From Vicingaceae bacterium (GTDB lineage: Bacteria; Bacteroidota; Bacteroidia; Flavobacteriales_E; Vicingaceae): a stretch of 64,000 bases of DNA. Where the stretch lies: assembly GCA_965284565.1 (NCBI GenBank), contig OZ260100.1:1658046-1722045 (forward strand). Reading direction: 5' to 3'. The notes beneath the pieces are model-generated. The model ran no database searches. It saw nothing but the letters and a program-made list of their open reading frames with translations, and was not told the origin of the DNA. Shown here in pieces: positions 1 to 9,203 of this stretch (position 1 is its first letter; the number at the start of each line of letters is the position of its first letter). A program made the translations under genes and the position numbers.

Positions 1-66
1 TCTACCACATTCCCAACTTCTAACACCAATGCAGGAATTAGTTTAAGATTTACTTTATCTCAATAA
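1..66 (+). CDS. 3' end of a CDS cut by the window edge (...TNAGISLRFTLSQ*); product not assignable
   Basis: Frame +1 is open from base 1 to TAA at 64-66. The last strand alternates hydrophobic residues like an outer-membrane beta-barrel C-terminus, but 21 aa is too little to name. Confidence 0.3.
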   Translation, partial: STTFPTSNTNAGISLRFTLSQ

Positions 67-95
67 ATTCCAATTTATAGATATTTCGAGTTAAA

Positions 96-103
96 TATTT
101 TTG
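96..103 (+). promoter_or_regulatory. Bacteroidota-type -7 box TATTTTTG upstream of gcvH
   Basis: Matches the TAnnTTTG consensus of Bacteroidota sigma-A promoters; 75 nt upstream of the gcvH ATG. Confidence 0.4.
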
Positions 104-177
104 GAGGTTATGCAAAAAGTCATAAATTAGCCGAATGAATTATCAATCAATTATAATTTTTTAATAAGTAAAGTAAA

Positions 178-555
178 ATGAATGTACCTGCAAATTTAAA
201 GTACACTAAAGATCATGAGTGGTGTAAAATAGAAGGAAATGTAGCAACAATAGGAATTACTGATTTTGCTCAAGGTGAGTTGGGGGATATAGTGTATGTA
301 GAAATTGAAACAGAAGGAGATGACCTTGATAAAGAAGCTATTTTTGGAACTGTTGAAGCTGTGAAAACTGTTTCGGATTTGTTTATGCCACTTTCAGGTA
401 AAGTAATTGAAGTAAATGGAGGTTTAGAATCAGCTCCAGAATCAGTTAACCAAAATCCTTATGAAGCTGGTTGGATGATTAAAATTGAAATGTCTAATCC
501 TGACGAGGTAAATGATTTACTTTCGGCAGATGATTATAAAGCGATTATAGGATAA
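178..555 (+). CDS. gcvH: glycine cleavage system H protein
   Basis: 125 aa. N-terminal KYTKDHEW motif and lipoyl-lysine context VEAVKTVSDLFMPLSG are typical of GcvH. Confidence 0.95.
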   Translation: MNVPANLKYTKDHEWCKIEGNVATIGITDFAQGELGDIVYVEIETEGDDLDKEAIFGTVEAVKTVSDLFMPLSGKVIEVNGGLESAPESVNQNPYEAGWMIKIEMSNPDEVNDLLSADDYKAIIG

Positions 556-578
556 TTTATATTATCCATTAAATGTTT

Positions 579-622
579 AAACAACCAAGTGTAGCAAATA
601 GCTGTTCTTGGTTGTTTTTTTT
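579..622 (+). terminator. rho-independent terminator after gcvH
   Basis: 11-bp stem AAACAACCAAG / CTTGGTTGTTT followed by a T-run. Confidence 0.75.
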
Positions 623-639
623 ATATGTATACTTAAACT

Positions 640-1017
640 ATGAAATTAAAGCCATTTATACCTACACTAGTTTGGCTAATTATTATTGTGGTGCTTAGTG
701 GATATCCAGGAAAAAACTTGCCTCAAACTCCTTTTGATGAGTTTGATAAATTGGTGCATTTAGCAATTTATGCTTTACTTAGTTTTTTAAGTGTTTTAGG
801 TTTTTCAAAACAGCCTAATTCATTTTTATTAAGTAATAAGCTACAATTTTTTTTTAGTATAAGTTTTAGTATAATAATAGGGGGATTAATAGAAGTTTTA
901 CAAGAGTATGTTTTTATTAACCGTTATGGCGATTGGTTCGATTTTATTGCGAATTCTTTAGGAGCAGTTTTAGGAGCAGTAGGTTTTGGATTAATGGGAA
1001 AATATTTGGTAAAGTAA
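640..1017 (+). CDS. VanZ-like family membrane protein
   Basis: 125 aa with 4 predicted TM segments. DKLVHLAIYALLSFL and EVLQ...R..D..D..AN..GA..G spacing is typical of VanZ-like proteins. Confidence 0.7.
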   Translation: MKLKPFIPTLVWLIIIVVLSGYPGKNLPQTPFDEFDKLVHLAIYALLSFLSVLGFSKQPNSFLLSNKLQFFFSISFSIIIGGLIEVLQEYVFINRYGDWFDFIANSLGAVLGAVGFGLMGKYLVK

Positions 1018-1027
1018 AAAAATTCTA

Positions 1028-1639
1028 TCACAACTCAATTACCTCAGCATGCTCTAAAAATAAATCTTGTAGCTTTTCTATTTTAGAGCTATAATCATTG
1101 CTAAAGACAACAAATTGACATTTATTTAAACTTTCTGCAATTCTATGTATTTCCGTATGAAAACTTGTGCCTTCTAAAAAGTCGGCATCTTCAATTAATA
1201 ACATTTGTAAACCTGTAAGGTTAATTCCGTTTTGGAAATAAATCTTGTTTAATCGTTTTGGAGTACCAATAACAATATCTACCCCCGCATAAATGGTATC
1301 TTTTTGAAATTGAATAGTACTTTCCTCATAAGCACAAAAAATTCTTAAATCGGTATATTTAGTAAACTTATTAAATTCTTCTTCTAAGGCTAAAGCAGCC
1401 TCTTTGTTTTGTACTAAAATTAAAGCTCTTGGTACATCTTCAAAAGCTTGTCCTTTTAATTTCTGAATGGTGTTAATGATTAAAGTAGTTGTTTTTCCAG
1501 CTCCTTCTTCAGCAATAACAATAACATCCACACCACTTTTTATTTTAGGTATTAATAGTTTTTGAAAAGAAGTTGGGGTGTCAATCTTTAAACTTTGTAA
1601 GGCATTTTTTATAGGAGGAAGTAATTTTTTGAATGACAT
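1028..1639 (-). CDS. stand-alone DEAD-box helicase domain-1 protein (degenerate motifs, no RecA2 domain)
   Basis: Start moved to the internal ATG at 1639 (MSFKKL...). Q-motif-like PTSFQ, motif I AEEGAGKT, motif Ib GTPKR, motif II EDAD instead of DEAD, motif III FSN instead of SAT. 203 aa ending where domain 2 would begin. Confidence 0.7.
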   Translation of the reverse strand: MSFKKLLPPIKNALQSLKIDTPTSFQKLLIPKIKSGVDVIVIAEEGAGKTTTLIINTIQKLKGQAFEDVPRALILVQNKEAALALEEEFNKFTKYTDLRIFCAYEESTIQFQKDTIYAGVDIVIGTPKRLNKIYFQNGINLTGLQMLLIEDADFLEGTSFHTEIHRIAESLNKCQFVVFSNDYSSKIEKLQDLFLEHAEVIEL

Positions 1640-1692
1640 AATTGATTTTTTTCTTCTTAAAAACAGTACCAAAATTAAGTAAAGCAAATTAG

Positions 1693-1733
1693 AAACAAAA
1701 GAAGCCCTTGGTTTTCAAGGGCTTCTTTTGTTT
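1693..1733 (-). terminator. terminator hairpin downstream of tRNA-Ser(UGA)
   Basis: 10-bp stem GAAGCCCTTG / CAAGGGCTTC with T-runs on both strands; lies 3 nt beyond the tRNA 3' end. Confidence 0.7.
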
Positions 1734-1736
1734 GAG

Positions 1737-1824
1737 TGGCGGAGAAAGAGGGATTCGAACCCCCGGTACCTTGCGGTACAACAGTTTTCAAGACTGCCGC
1801 ATTCGACCGCTCTGCCATTTCTCC
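1737..1824 (-). tRNA. tRNA-Ser (anticodon UGA), CCA encoded
   Basis: The reverse complement folds as an 88-nt class II tRNA: acceptor GGAGAAA/TTTCTCC, anticodon loop CTTGAAA, long variable arm, T-arm GGGGGTTCGAATCCCTC, 3' GCCA. Confidence 0.92.
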
Positions 1825-1828
1825 GCTG

Positions 1829-1836
1829 CAAAAGTA
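1829..1836 (-). promoter_or_regulatory. -7 box TACTTTTG (minus strand) for tRNA-Ser(UGA)
   Basis: CAAAAGTA on the plus strand is TACTTTTG on the minus strand; 4 nt upstream of the mature tRNA 5' end. Confidence 0.45.
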
Positions 1837-2013
1837 GCAATACATTTTAAATATGAAATGTTTTTTTAATTTTTTTGAAAAAATAAATATTCATCTCCTC
1901 TTAACAGATAAATAGTTATTTTTGTATTCTTGTTGGCTTTTTGGGTATGTTTTTTGATATTGAAGCACTTATAAAACCAATAATTATAAACTTTAAAATC
2001 TAATTTCAAATCC

Positions 2014-3486
2014 GTGGTATTAAAAAATTATAAAATAAAATTAATTGTTCTTTCTGCAATTGTATTTTTATTCGTTAGTGCCAATAAAACAATGGCACAA
2101 AATTTAAAAGCCTATTTTACTTACTGTACTTTTTATTCTCCAGAAAATGGTCCTTATATAGAAACTTATCTTTCGGTAGAAGGTAGTTCTATTAATTACC
2201 TAAAAAATGAAAATGATAAATTTCAAGGGACAATAGAAATAACCTATTTATTTAAACAAGGAGAAGAAATTAAAAAATTCAAAAAATATAATTTACTTAG
2301 TCCTGAAAATGAAGATACGCTGATACTTGCTAACTTTATAGATCAACAAAGAATTTCTATTCCTAATGGCAGTTACGAGTTTGAAATAAATATTAGAGAT
2401 ATTAATAGCACATTAACACCTTTTAAGTCTACACAAGTACTAAATGTGAATTATAATGATAAGAAAATGAATATTTCGGATGTTGAGTTTATTGAATCCT
2501 TGTCAAAAACTACCACTAAATCTATTATTTCTAAAAGTGGATATGATATTTTGCCTTATACCTCAGATTTTTTTCCTGAAGACGTTGAAAAAATAGCTTT
2601 TTATGCAGAGATATATAATGCAGATAAAATGTTAGGAGCAGACGAAAGTTATTTGGTAACTTATTCCATAGAGTCTTACGAAACAAATACTGTGGTTGGA
2701 AATCTTAAAGGATTTGTAAGAGAATCAGCTAAACCTGTAAACATTATATTAAAATCTTTCAATATTGTTAACTTGGCCTCGGGTAATTATAATTTGGTAA
2801 TTGAAGCTAGAGATAAATCTAATGAATTAATGTTGCAGAAAAAAGTTTTCTTTCAGAGAAGTAATCCTGCATTAGTGCCAGATATCGCTAATGTTGATTT
2901 TGAAAGTACTTTTGTTATAGATATGGATGCTGAACAACTTACAGAATATATAAGAAGTATAGAGCCAATTTCTACAGCAATAGAGTTAAATTATGCTAGG
3001 AACCAGTTAAAGGGGAAAGACAAAGAGTTAATGCAAAAATATTTTTATAATTTTTGGTTTACTCGTGATGCTAATAACCCAAAAGAAGCATGGGAAAAAT
3101 ATAAAAAAGAAGTTGAGGTTGTAAATAAACAGTTTAGCACGGCCATTAAGAAAGGTTATGAAACTGACAGAGGTAGGGTGTATTTAAAACATGGTAAACC
3201 AAATACCATTGTAGAGCAGAAAAACGAACCAAGTGCTTACCCTTATGAAATATGGCATTATTATAAAGTTCAAAATTTTAGTAATATTCGTTTTGTGTTT
3301 TATAATCCTGATTTAGTAAGCAATGATTTTCCAATATTACATTCTAACTTGCCAGGTGAATTAAATAATCCTCAATGGAAGGTTCAGTTACATAAAAGAA
3401 CCAACCAGCCTATAGATATGGAGCAACAAAATAATAATGAGCATTGGGGTGGAAGAGCTGATGATTTTTATAATAATCCACGATAA
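2014..3486 (+). CDS. GWxTD domain-containing secreted protein
   Basis: 490 aa with a GTG start and an N-terminal signal peptide. The C-terminal region KKGYETDRGRVYLKHGKPN...YPYEIWHYY matches the GWxTD domain signature. Confidence 0.75.
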   Translation: MVLKNYKIKLIVLSAIVFLFVSANKTMAQNLKAYFTYCTFYSPENGPYIETYLSVEGSSINYLKNENDKFQGTIEITYLFKQGEEIKKFKKYNLLSPENEDTLILANFIDQQRISIPNGSYEFEINIRDINSTLTPFKSTQVLNVNYNDKKMNISDVEFIESLSKTTTKSIISKSGYDILPYTSDFFPEDVEKIAFYAEIYNADKMLGADESYLVTYSIESYETNTVVGNLKGFVRESAKPVNIILKSFNIVNLASGNYNLVIEARDKSNELMLQKKVFFQRSNPALVPDIANVDFESTFVIDMDAEQLTEYIRSIEPISTAIELNYARNQLKGKDKELMQKYFYNFWFTRDANNPKEAWEKYKKEVEVVNKQFSTAIKKGYETDRGRVYLKHGKPNTIVEQKNEPSAYPYEIWHYYKVQNFSNIRFVFYNPDLVSNDFPILHSNLPGELNNPQWKVQLHKRTNQPIDMEQQNNNEHWGGRADDFYNNPR

Positions 3487-3489
3487 TAA

Positions 3490-4494
3490 ATGTCTTTGAA
3501 TTCAGTAGCTGTTGTAATTTTAAATTGGAATGGAAAACATTTTTTAGAAAAGTTTCTACCAAGCTTAATAGAACACACTTCTTTTGCTGAACTTGTTGTT
3601 GCTGATAATTGCTCCACAGATGATTCACTGTCTTTTTTAAAGGAAAATTTCCCACAAATACAAGTAATAGAACTTGCCGAAAACTACGGGTTCGCTAAAG
3701 GTTATAACGAGGCCTTGAAGCAAGTTGATTCGGATGTTTACGTGTTGCTTAATTCGGATGTTGAGGTAACGGAAAATTGGCTTCAACCATGTTTAGAAGT
3801 ATTAAAAAATAATAATGATATTGCTGCATGTCAGCCAAAAATTAAAGCGTATCATCAAAAAACACATTTTGAATATGCTGGAGCAGCAGGAGGCTTTATG
3901 GATAAATATGGTTATCCTTTTTGTAGAGGAAGAATTTTTGAGGTTTTAGAAGAAGATAAAGGTCAGTATAATGATGAAATAGAAATCTTTTGGGCAACAG
4001 GAGCTTGTTTGGTTGTCAGGGCAGATGTTTATCATCAACTTAGCGGCTTAGATTCATTTTTCTTTGCACACATGGAAGAAATTGATCTTTGCTGGAGAAT
4101 ACAAAATATAGGAAAGAAAATTAAGTACGTGCCTCAATCTACTGTTTTTCATGTTGGAGGAGGAACGTTGCATAAGTCAAAGCCACAAAAAACTTTCTTA
4201 AACTTTAGAAATAACCTGATAATGCTCTACAAAAATTTGCCACAAGGTAAAAAAATGGGAGTTTTATTAGGACGACTTTTTTTAGATGGTTTAGCAGGTA
4301 TTAAATTCCTTACAGAAGGTGAAATAAATCATTTTGCTGCCATTATTAAGGCTCACCTTGCTTTTTATACTTATATATTTAAAAACACAGAGAAACCGAT
4401 TAAAAGCAACAAGATTCCAAATACTATTTACCCTAAAAGCATTCTCTATCATTACTTTGTGAAGAAAGAAAAAAAATATTCTGACCTAAGTTAA
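3490..4494 (+). CDS. glycosyltransferase family 2 protein
   Basis: VAVVILNWNG...VVADNCSTDDS...LLNSDVEV (DxD) layout of GT2 rhamnosyltransferase-like enzymes; starts 4 nt after the previous gene. Confidence 0.85.
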   Translation: MSLNSVAVVILNWNGKHFLEKFLPSLIEHTSFAELVVADNCSTDDSLSFLKENFPQIQVIELAENYGFAKGYNEALKQVDSDVYVLLNSDVEVTENWLQPCLEVLKNNNDIAACQPKIKAYHQKTHFEYAGAAGGFMDKYGYPFCRGRIFEVLEEDKGQYNDEIEIFWATGACLVVRADVYHQLSGLDSFFFAHMEEIDLCWRIQNIGKKIKYVPQSTVFHVGGGTLHKSKPQKTFLNFRNNLIMLYKNLPQGKKMGVLLGRLFLDGLAGIKFLTEGEINHFAAIIKAHLAFYTYIFKNTEKPIKSNKIPNTIYPKSILYHYFVKKEKKYSDLS

Positions 4495-4592
4495 TTATTG
4501 TTAAATAAAATCGTTATTATTAGGAATTTCCAAAAAAAAGTGTAATTTAGATTATAATAAATTTAAGAACACACTATTTTAATATATATACG

Positions 4593-4790
4593 ATGGGAAG
4601 ACCAGCAACAAAACCTACCAAACTAAAAGACGGATTTTATTTAGAAATAAGAAATAAAGGTGCTAAATCCGGAATCAAAATTAGAAGAGACTCAAAAGAA
4701 GCAATGCTATCTGCAATCAAAGAATACGAGAGAGTTAAAGATGTAGTTGTTTTAGGAGAATCTAAAAATGGTAAACTAAAGGCGGTTTAA
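4593..4790 (+). CDS. small basic hypothetical protein (65 aa)
   Basis: ORF only. Lys/Arg-rich with no recognisable motif; sits in an otherwise empty 300-nt gap. Confidence 0.45.
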   Translation: MGRPATKPTKLKDGFYLEIRNKGAKSGIKIRRDSKEAMLSAIKEYERVKDVVVLGESKNGKLKAV

Positions 4791-4794
4791 TAAA

Positions 4795-6225
4795 CTACTC
4801 GTTTACTAAACTTACCATAATTTTTTCTAACATTTTTTTCATTTCATAAGCGGAACAATTGTAGTTATTCACGATTATGGCAAATGCTATTTTTTTATTA
4901 CTGTTTGTTGTAACATATCCTGAGTAGCTTCTCACATTTGTCATGTACCCGCTTTTACCGTAAATTTTACCTTCGGCAGTAGTTCCCTTGGCAATACTCG
5001 AGAGTGTGCCGGATTTTCCTGCTATAGATAAAGAATTGTAAAATACTTCTTTATGTTGGCTTTTATCCATTTCAGATAGAATAGCAACCAGCTGTTTTGT
5101 AGTTATAGTGTTAAATCTAGAAAGTCCACTGCCATCGTAAATATACATGCCATCGGTATCAATTCCTTTTTCTTTCCAAAAACTAATTAATGCTTCTGCT
5201 CCTGCGGTTGAAGTGCCTTCTTTTTTAATGGTTAAACCAATATGGTTGAGTAAATGTTCGGCATACAGATTTATGCTGTACAAATTGGTTTGCTGAATCA
5301 ATGAAGCAAGCGTTGGCGATTGAGTTGAAGTGATTGCTACGGTAGTATTCTCAATAAAATTATCAGCTAATAACCTTTTAGTTGTTGGGTGATAAGCTAT
5401 TTTAGTCCCTAATATTTTTAAAACACTATCTAATTCATAAGCACATAAGTATGCTGGGTCAGGAATAGAGCCTTTAACTTTAAATTCATTTCTGTTGTTG
5501 GGTATTTCTCCAGAAATATATCTGTTGTATTGAAAAGGTCCTCCATAAATAAAAGACAAATCTCTACTAGTTGAAGTTCCTAAAACATTATTGCTAATAC
5601 TTAAAAAAGGAATGTGAGGACTAACTCCACTAATGGTAGTTTTTTGAGCTTTATTTTGTGATGAAAGAGTTAAGGTGTAGAAATTCTCATAAATGCTTAA
5701 TCCGTTTGCTCCTGCACCAAAATAATTACCTAGATCTTGCCAAATCCATGTAGGAGGGACTTCGTTATCAAAAATACTGGCATCGGCAATAATTTTTCCA
5801 TTAATGGAATCTATACTTAATTTTTTGATTTCAGCAGCCCAGTTGTTCATAAAGTCACCGTAATAAGAACGATATCTGTGCGAACCAAGAGAAGGGTCTC
5901 CGCCACCATTGATGATGATGTCACCATTTAAAACACCATTTTCTATTTTTCCTGAATAGCTAATAGTGGTAGTAAATCTGTGGTTTTCTCCTAAAATTTC
6001 TAGAGCAGTAGCGGTAGTAATTAATTTTAAAGAAGAAGCAGGAATTAGAGCTAAATCACCATTGTGGTTGATAATAGCTTTGTTGTCGGTTAAATTGTAA
6101 GCATAAAAGCCAATAGAGGCATTTTTTAAAGTTTTGTGTTGCAAAAACTCAGTAAAAACTTTTGGGGTTTGTCCATTTAAGAACAAAAAACTAACAAGAG
6201 TAATTGATGTTAAGAAGCCTTTCAT
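4795..6225 (-). CDS. dacB: D-alanyl-D-alanine carboxypeptidase/endopeptidase (peptidase S13, PBP4 type)
   Basis: Signal peptide; SxxK (ASSLK), DGSGLS and KSG motifs in PBP4 order; 476 aa. Confidence 0.85.
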   Translation of the reverse strand: MKGFLTSITLVSFLFLNGQTPKVFTEFLQHKTLKNASIGFYAYNLTDNKAIINHNGDLALIPASSLKLITTATALEILGENHRFTTTISYSGKIENGVLNGDIIINGGGDPSLGSHRYRSYYGDFMNNWAAEIKKLSIDSINGKIIADASIFDNEVPPTWIWQDLGNYFGAGANGLSIYENFYTLTLSSQNKAQKTTISGVSPHIPFLSISNNVLGTSTSRDLSFIYGGPFQYNRYISGEIPNNRNEFKVKGSIPDPAYLCAYELDSVLKILGTKIAYHPTTKRLLADNFIENTTVAITSTQSPTLASLIQQTNLYSINLYAEHLLNHIGLTIKKEGTSTAGAEALISFWKEKGIDTDGMYIYDGSGLSRFNTITTKQLVAILSEMDKSQHKEVFYNSLSIAGKSGTLSSIAKGTTAEGKIYGKSGYMTNVRSYSGYVTTNSNKKIAFAIIVNNYNCSAYEMKKMLEKIMVSLVNE

Positions 6226-6279
6226 TTGTAATGTTAGTTTATTGGTTATAATTTCAAATATTCAATTTCAAACTTCAAA

Positions 6280-6762
6280 CTAATTCTGCCTAGGTTTGGT
6301 AGAATACTCATAAGCGAGTCTTAGCTGAACATATCTTTTTTCATCAATTATGCCACAACCAGAGTTGAGCATTTCAAAAATGGTAGTTTCTCTTTCTTTC
6401 TCGTATTTTTTTGAAGTCATAAAAATGGAAAGTGGCGTGGTGGAAAGTTCATCGGGAGTTAAACTCAAAAAATCAATTCCTGTTTCTTGTGTGCTTATAC
6501 CAATTAGTTCAATTTCATCCTCTTTACAATGGTAAGCTTTAATTCCTTCAGAAGTAGCAATTTCTAAAAAATGTATTCTTTTAAGCGACTTTTCTATCAC
6601 TAAATTGCTAAACATAATTACTAATTCACCAACTTTTTCACTTTTTTCAGCATTCAACTTTCTCCATTCTTCATCATAAATTTCATTAACAATTAAAAAT
6701 TGCTTGAACTCTTGTTCTAGTTCTTTAAGTTCATCATCTTTTAATAGTCGGTACTTTAGCAT
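6280..6762 (-). CDS. conserved Bacteroidota hypothetical protein (DUF6495-like by recollection)
   Basis: 160 aa. The N-terminus LKDDELKELEQEFKQFLIVNEIYDEEWRKLN resembles that family. Unverified. Confidence 0.5.
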   Translation of the reverse strand: MLKYRLLKDDELKELEQEFKQFLIVNEIYDEEWRKLNAEKSEKVGELVIMFSNLVIEKSLKRIHFLEIATSEGIKAYHCKEDEIELIGISTQETGIDFLSLTPDELSTTPLSIFMTSKKYEKERETTIFEMLNSGCGIIDEKRYVQLRLAYEYSTKPRQN

Positions 6763-6770
6763 TGTTCTGT

Positions 6771-6812
6771 AAAAATAAAAAAGCTGTCTTGATGTTTAGT
6801 TCAAGACAGCTT
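6771..6812 (-). terminator. terminator hairpin after the 6821..7411 gene
   Basis: 12-bp perfect stem AAGCTGTCTTGA / TCAAGACAGCTT followed on the minus strand by TTTTTATTTTT. Confidence 0.75.
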
Positions 6813-6820
6813 AAATTTTT

Positions 6821-7411
6821 TTAATTATTGTTACTATTTGCTGGACCTAATTCTTTAACCTCAATATCTTTTAAATCTTTATCAGTAATTTTTTCATCTA
6901 AAAACTGATTGTTGGGATAGCTATTATTAAGCTCATCTATGAGTTCTCCATCAGGAATGCCATTTCCGAAAAGTTCTTGTTCTTCCATGGTGTAATCCCA
7001 TTTTTCGTAATCATAGTTTTTGTTTAATCGTAAAGATCTAAAAGCTAAGGTTCTTGCCATTCGGCTATGGTGAATAGCTCTGAAATTTTTGTTTTCACTC
7101 ATTAATTTTTTAGCTATTTTTTGATGATGAACAGCTTTAGACAAATCTCCAGTATATACTTTTTTATCTTTAACAGTAGTAAATGCAGCTGTTATTGCTT
7201 GGTTGGTTTTGTTTAAGACTTTTGAAGCATCGACATTGCTTACATTGGCATTTTGTTTTTCTGCTATTTTTTCTTTAAGTACTTCTTTGTTTACTTTTAT
7301 TTTAGCTTTTTGTTGAGCAAAGCTATTATTGATTGTTCCTAAAAGTAAAATGGAGAAAAATAATGTTCCAAATATTTTTTTTTTTGTTGTCATAGTAAAT
7401 TGTTTTTTCAT
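6821..7411 (-). CDS. secreted hypothetical protein
   Basis: 196 aa with a signal peptide (…LLGTINNSFAQQ). No recognisable catalytic motif. Confidence 0.55.
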   Translation of the reverse strand: MKKQFTMTTKKKIFGTLFFSILLLGTINNSFAQQKAKIKVNKEVLKEKIAEKQNANVSNVDASKVLNKTNQAITAAFTTVKDKKVYTGDLSKAVHHQKIAKKLMSENKNFRAIHHSRMARTLAFRSLRLNKNYDYEKWDYTMEEQELFGNGIPDGELIDELNNSYPNNQFLDEKITDKDLKDIEVKELGPANSNNN

Positions 7412-7548
7412 GGTTGTTTTCTCAATTTTTATACCACGATATAAAATTAAATAATTGGTGTAAATATAGCAAACTTATTTTGCAGTTTATCGCTAATAGA
7501 TTGCTTTGATATAGTTAATTTTACTTCTCACAAAATTCTTTTTTATAG

Positions 7549-9195
7549 ATGCAGCATAAAATAAAAATTCTTTTTCTTTTCATAGTATTTTCTTTAATGG
7601 CTTGTAGAGAAAATACTCAGGTAGATTTAATTGTTAGAAATGGCACTATTTATACGGTAAATGATATGTTTGAAATTACTCAGGCTATGGCAATTAAAGA
7701 TGGTAAGATTGTAGCGATAGGACCTGAAAATGAAATTTTAAATAAATATTATGCAACTGAAGTTATTGATGCAGAAAAAAAAGCTATTTATCCTGGCTTT
7801 ATTGATGCTCATTGTCATTTTGTTGGATATGCTAAAAATTTGTTAGAAGTAAATTTAATTGGTTCTAATTCTTTTAAAGAAGTGATAGAAAGACTTCAGG
7901 AGTTTGTAGCCAACAATGAAACGCCTAAAGGTAGTTGGATAATAGGAAGAGGTTGGAATGAAAATTTTTGGCAAGATAAAAAAATGCCTACTAAAGAAAA
8001 GTTAGATGAATTTTTTTCTGATAATCCTGTTTTTCTGTCAAGAGTTGATGGCCACGCAGCTTTGGTTAACCAAAAAGCAATGGACTTAACAGGAATAAAA
8101 ACAAACACAAAAATTGAAGGTGGTAGAATAGAAGCAATAAACGGAAAACTTACAGGAATTTTAATTGACAACGCGAAAATGCATGTGCAAAATCAATTGC
8201 CAGCATATACTAAAGCTCAAATAGAAAAAGCGTTGTTGGCAGCTGAAAAATATCTTTTTGAAGTTGGTTTAACAACTGTTGATGATGCCGGTCTAGAAAA
8301 ATCTGATATTGAGTTGATTGATGAGTTGCAACAAGCCAATAAGCTTCAAATTAAAGTGTATGCTATGGTAAGTGCAACACCCGAATTACTGGAATATTAT
8401 TTAGAAAAAGGCACATACAAAACGCCTAAACTAAATGTTTCTTCTTTTAAGTTCTATGCTGATGGCTCTTTAGGGTCAGAAAGTGCTTGCTTGTTAAAAG
8501 ACTATCACACATCTAAAAATAATAAAGGATTGATTTTACATGATATTGAATTTTATAAAAAATATGCACCAATGCTGGCAGAAAAAGGTTTTCAGATGAA
8601 TACACATGCCATAGGGGATTCTGCTACTAGAATGATGCTGAATATTTATGAGCAAGCGTTAAAAACTACCAATGATAAAAGATGGCGAATAGAACATGCT
8701 CAAGTGGTTCATCCAGAAGATTTAGAAAAGTTCAGAAAGCTAACTATAATATCTTCTGTTCAGCCAACACATGCAATGTCTGATATGGAATGGGCAGCAG
8801 AAAAATTAGGTAATGACAGAATGAAAACAGCTTATGCTTATAAAGATTTATTAAACCAATTGGGTATGATAGCGTTGGGAACTGATTTTCCTGTGGAAGA
8901 CATTAATCCGTTATATACTTTTTATAGTGCTACTATCCGAAAAAACTTAGAAGGAAAACCTGAACAAGGCTTAATGATGGAAAATGCACTGAGCAAAGAA
9001 GAAGCGCTAAAAGGAATGACCATTTGGGCTGCCATATCCAATTTTGAAGAAGAAGAAAAAGGTAGTTTGGAAGTTGGCAAAAGTGCCGATTTTATTATCA
9101 CCAATAGAGATATTATGAAAGTTGATGAAGAAGAACTTCTTAAAACTAAAGTAGAAAAAACTTTTATAGATGGAAAAATGGTTTTCGGAAATTGA
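7549..9195 (+). CDS. amidohydrolase family protein (Amidohydro_3 type), lipoprotein/secreted
   Basis: PGFIDAHCHF metal-binding motif and later HAIGD / HAQV histidines; signal peptide with Cys (LMAC). Confidence 0.85.
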   Translation: MQHKIKILFLFIVFSLMACRENTQVDLIVRNGTIYTVNDMFEITQAMAIKDGKIVAIGPENEILNKYYATEVIDAEKKAIYPGFIDAHCHFVGYAKNLLEVNLIGSNSFKEVIERLQEFVANNETPKGSWIIGRGWNENFWQDKKMPTKEKLDEFFSDNPVFLSRVDGHAALVNQKAMDLTGIKTNTKIEGGRIEAINGKLTGILIDNAKMHVQNQLPAYTKAQIEKALLAAEKYLFEVGLTTVDDAGLEKSDIELIDELQQANKLQIKVYAMVSATPELLEYYLEKGTYKTPKLNVSSFKFYADGSLGSESACLLKDYHTSKNNKGLILHDIEFYKKYAPMLAEKGFQMNTHAIGDSATRMMLNIYEQALKTTNDKRWRIEHAQVVHPEDLEKFRKLTIISSVQPTHAMSDMEWAAEKLGNDRMKTAYAYKDLLNQLGMIALGTDFPVEDINPLYTFYSATIRKNLEGKPEQGLMMENALSKEEALKGMTIWAAISNFEEEEKGSLEVGKSADFIITNRDIMKVDEEELLKTKVEKTFIDGKMVFGN

Positions 9196-9203
9196 TTTTT
9201 TTC

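Noticed and set aside
67-177. Possible glycine riboswitch upstream of gcvH
   Set aside because: The 110-nt leader is almost pure A/T. It lacks the GGAGAG...CACCG-type conserved cores and any convincing stem architecture.
3410-3655. 81-aa minus-strand ORF spanning the GWxTD / GT2 junction
   Set aside because: It overlaps two well-supported plus-strand genes that are only 4 nt apart. There is no independent support.
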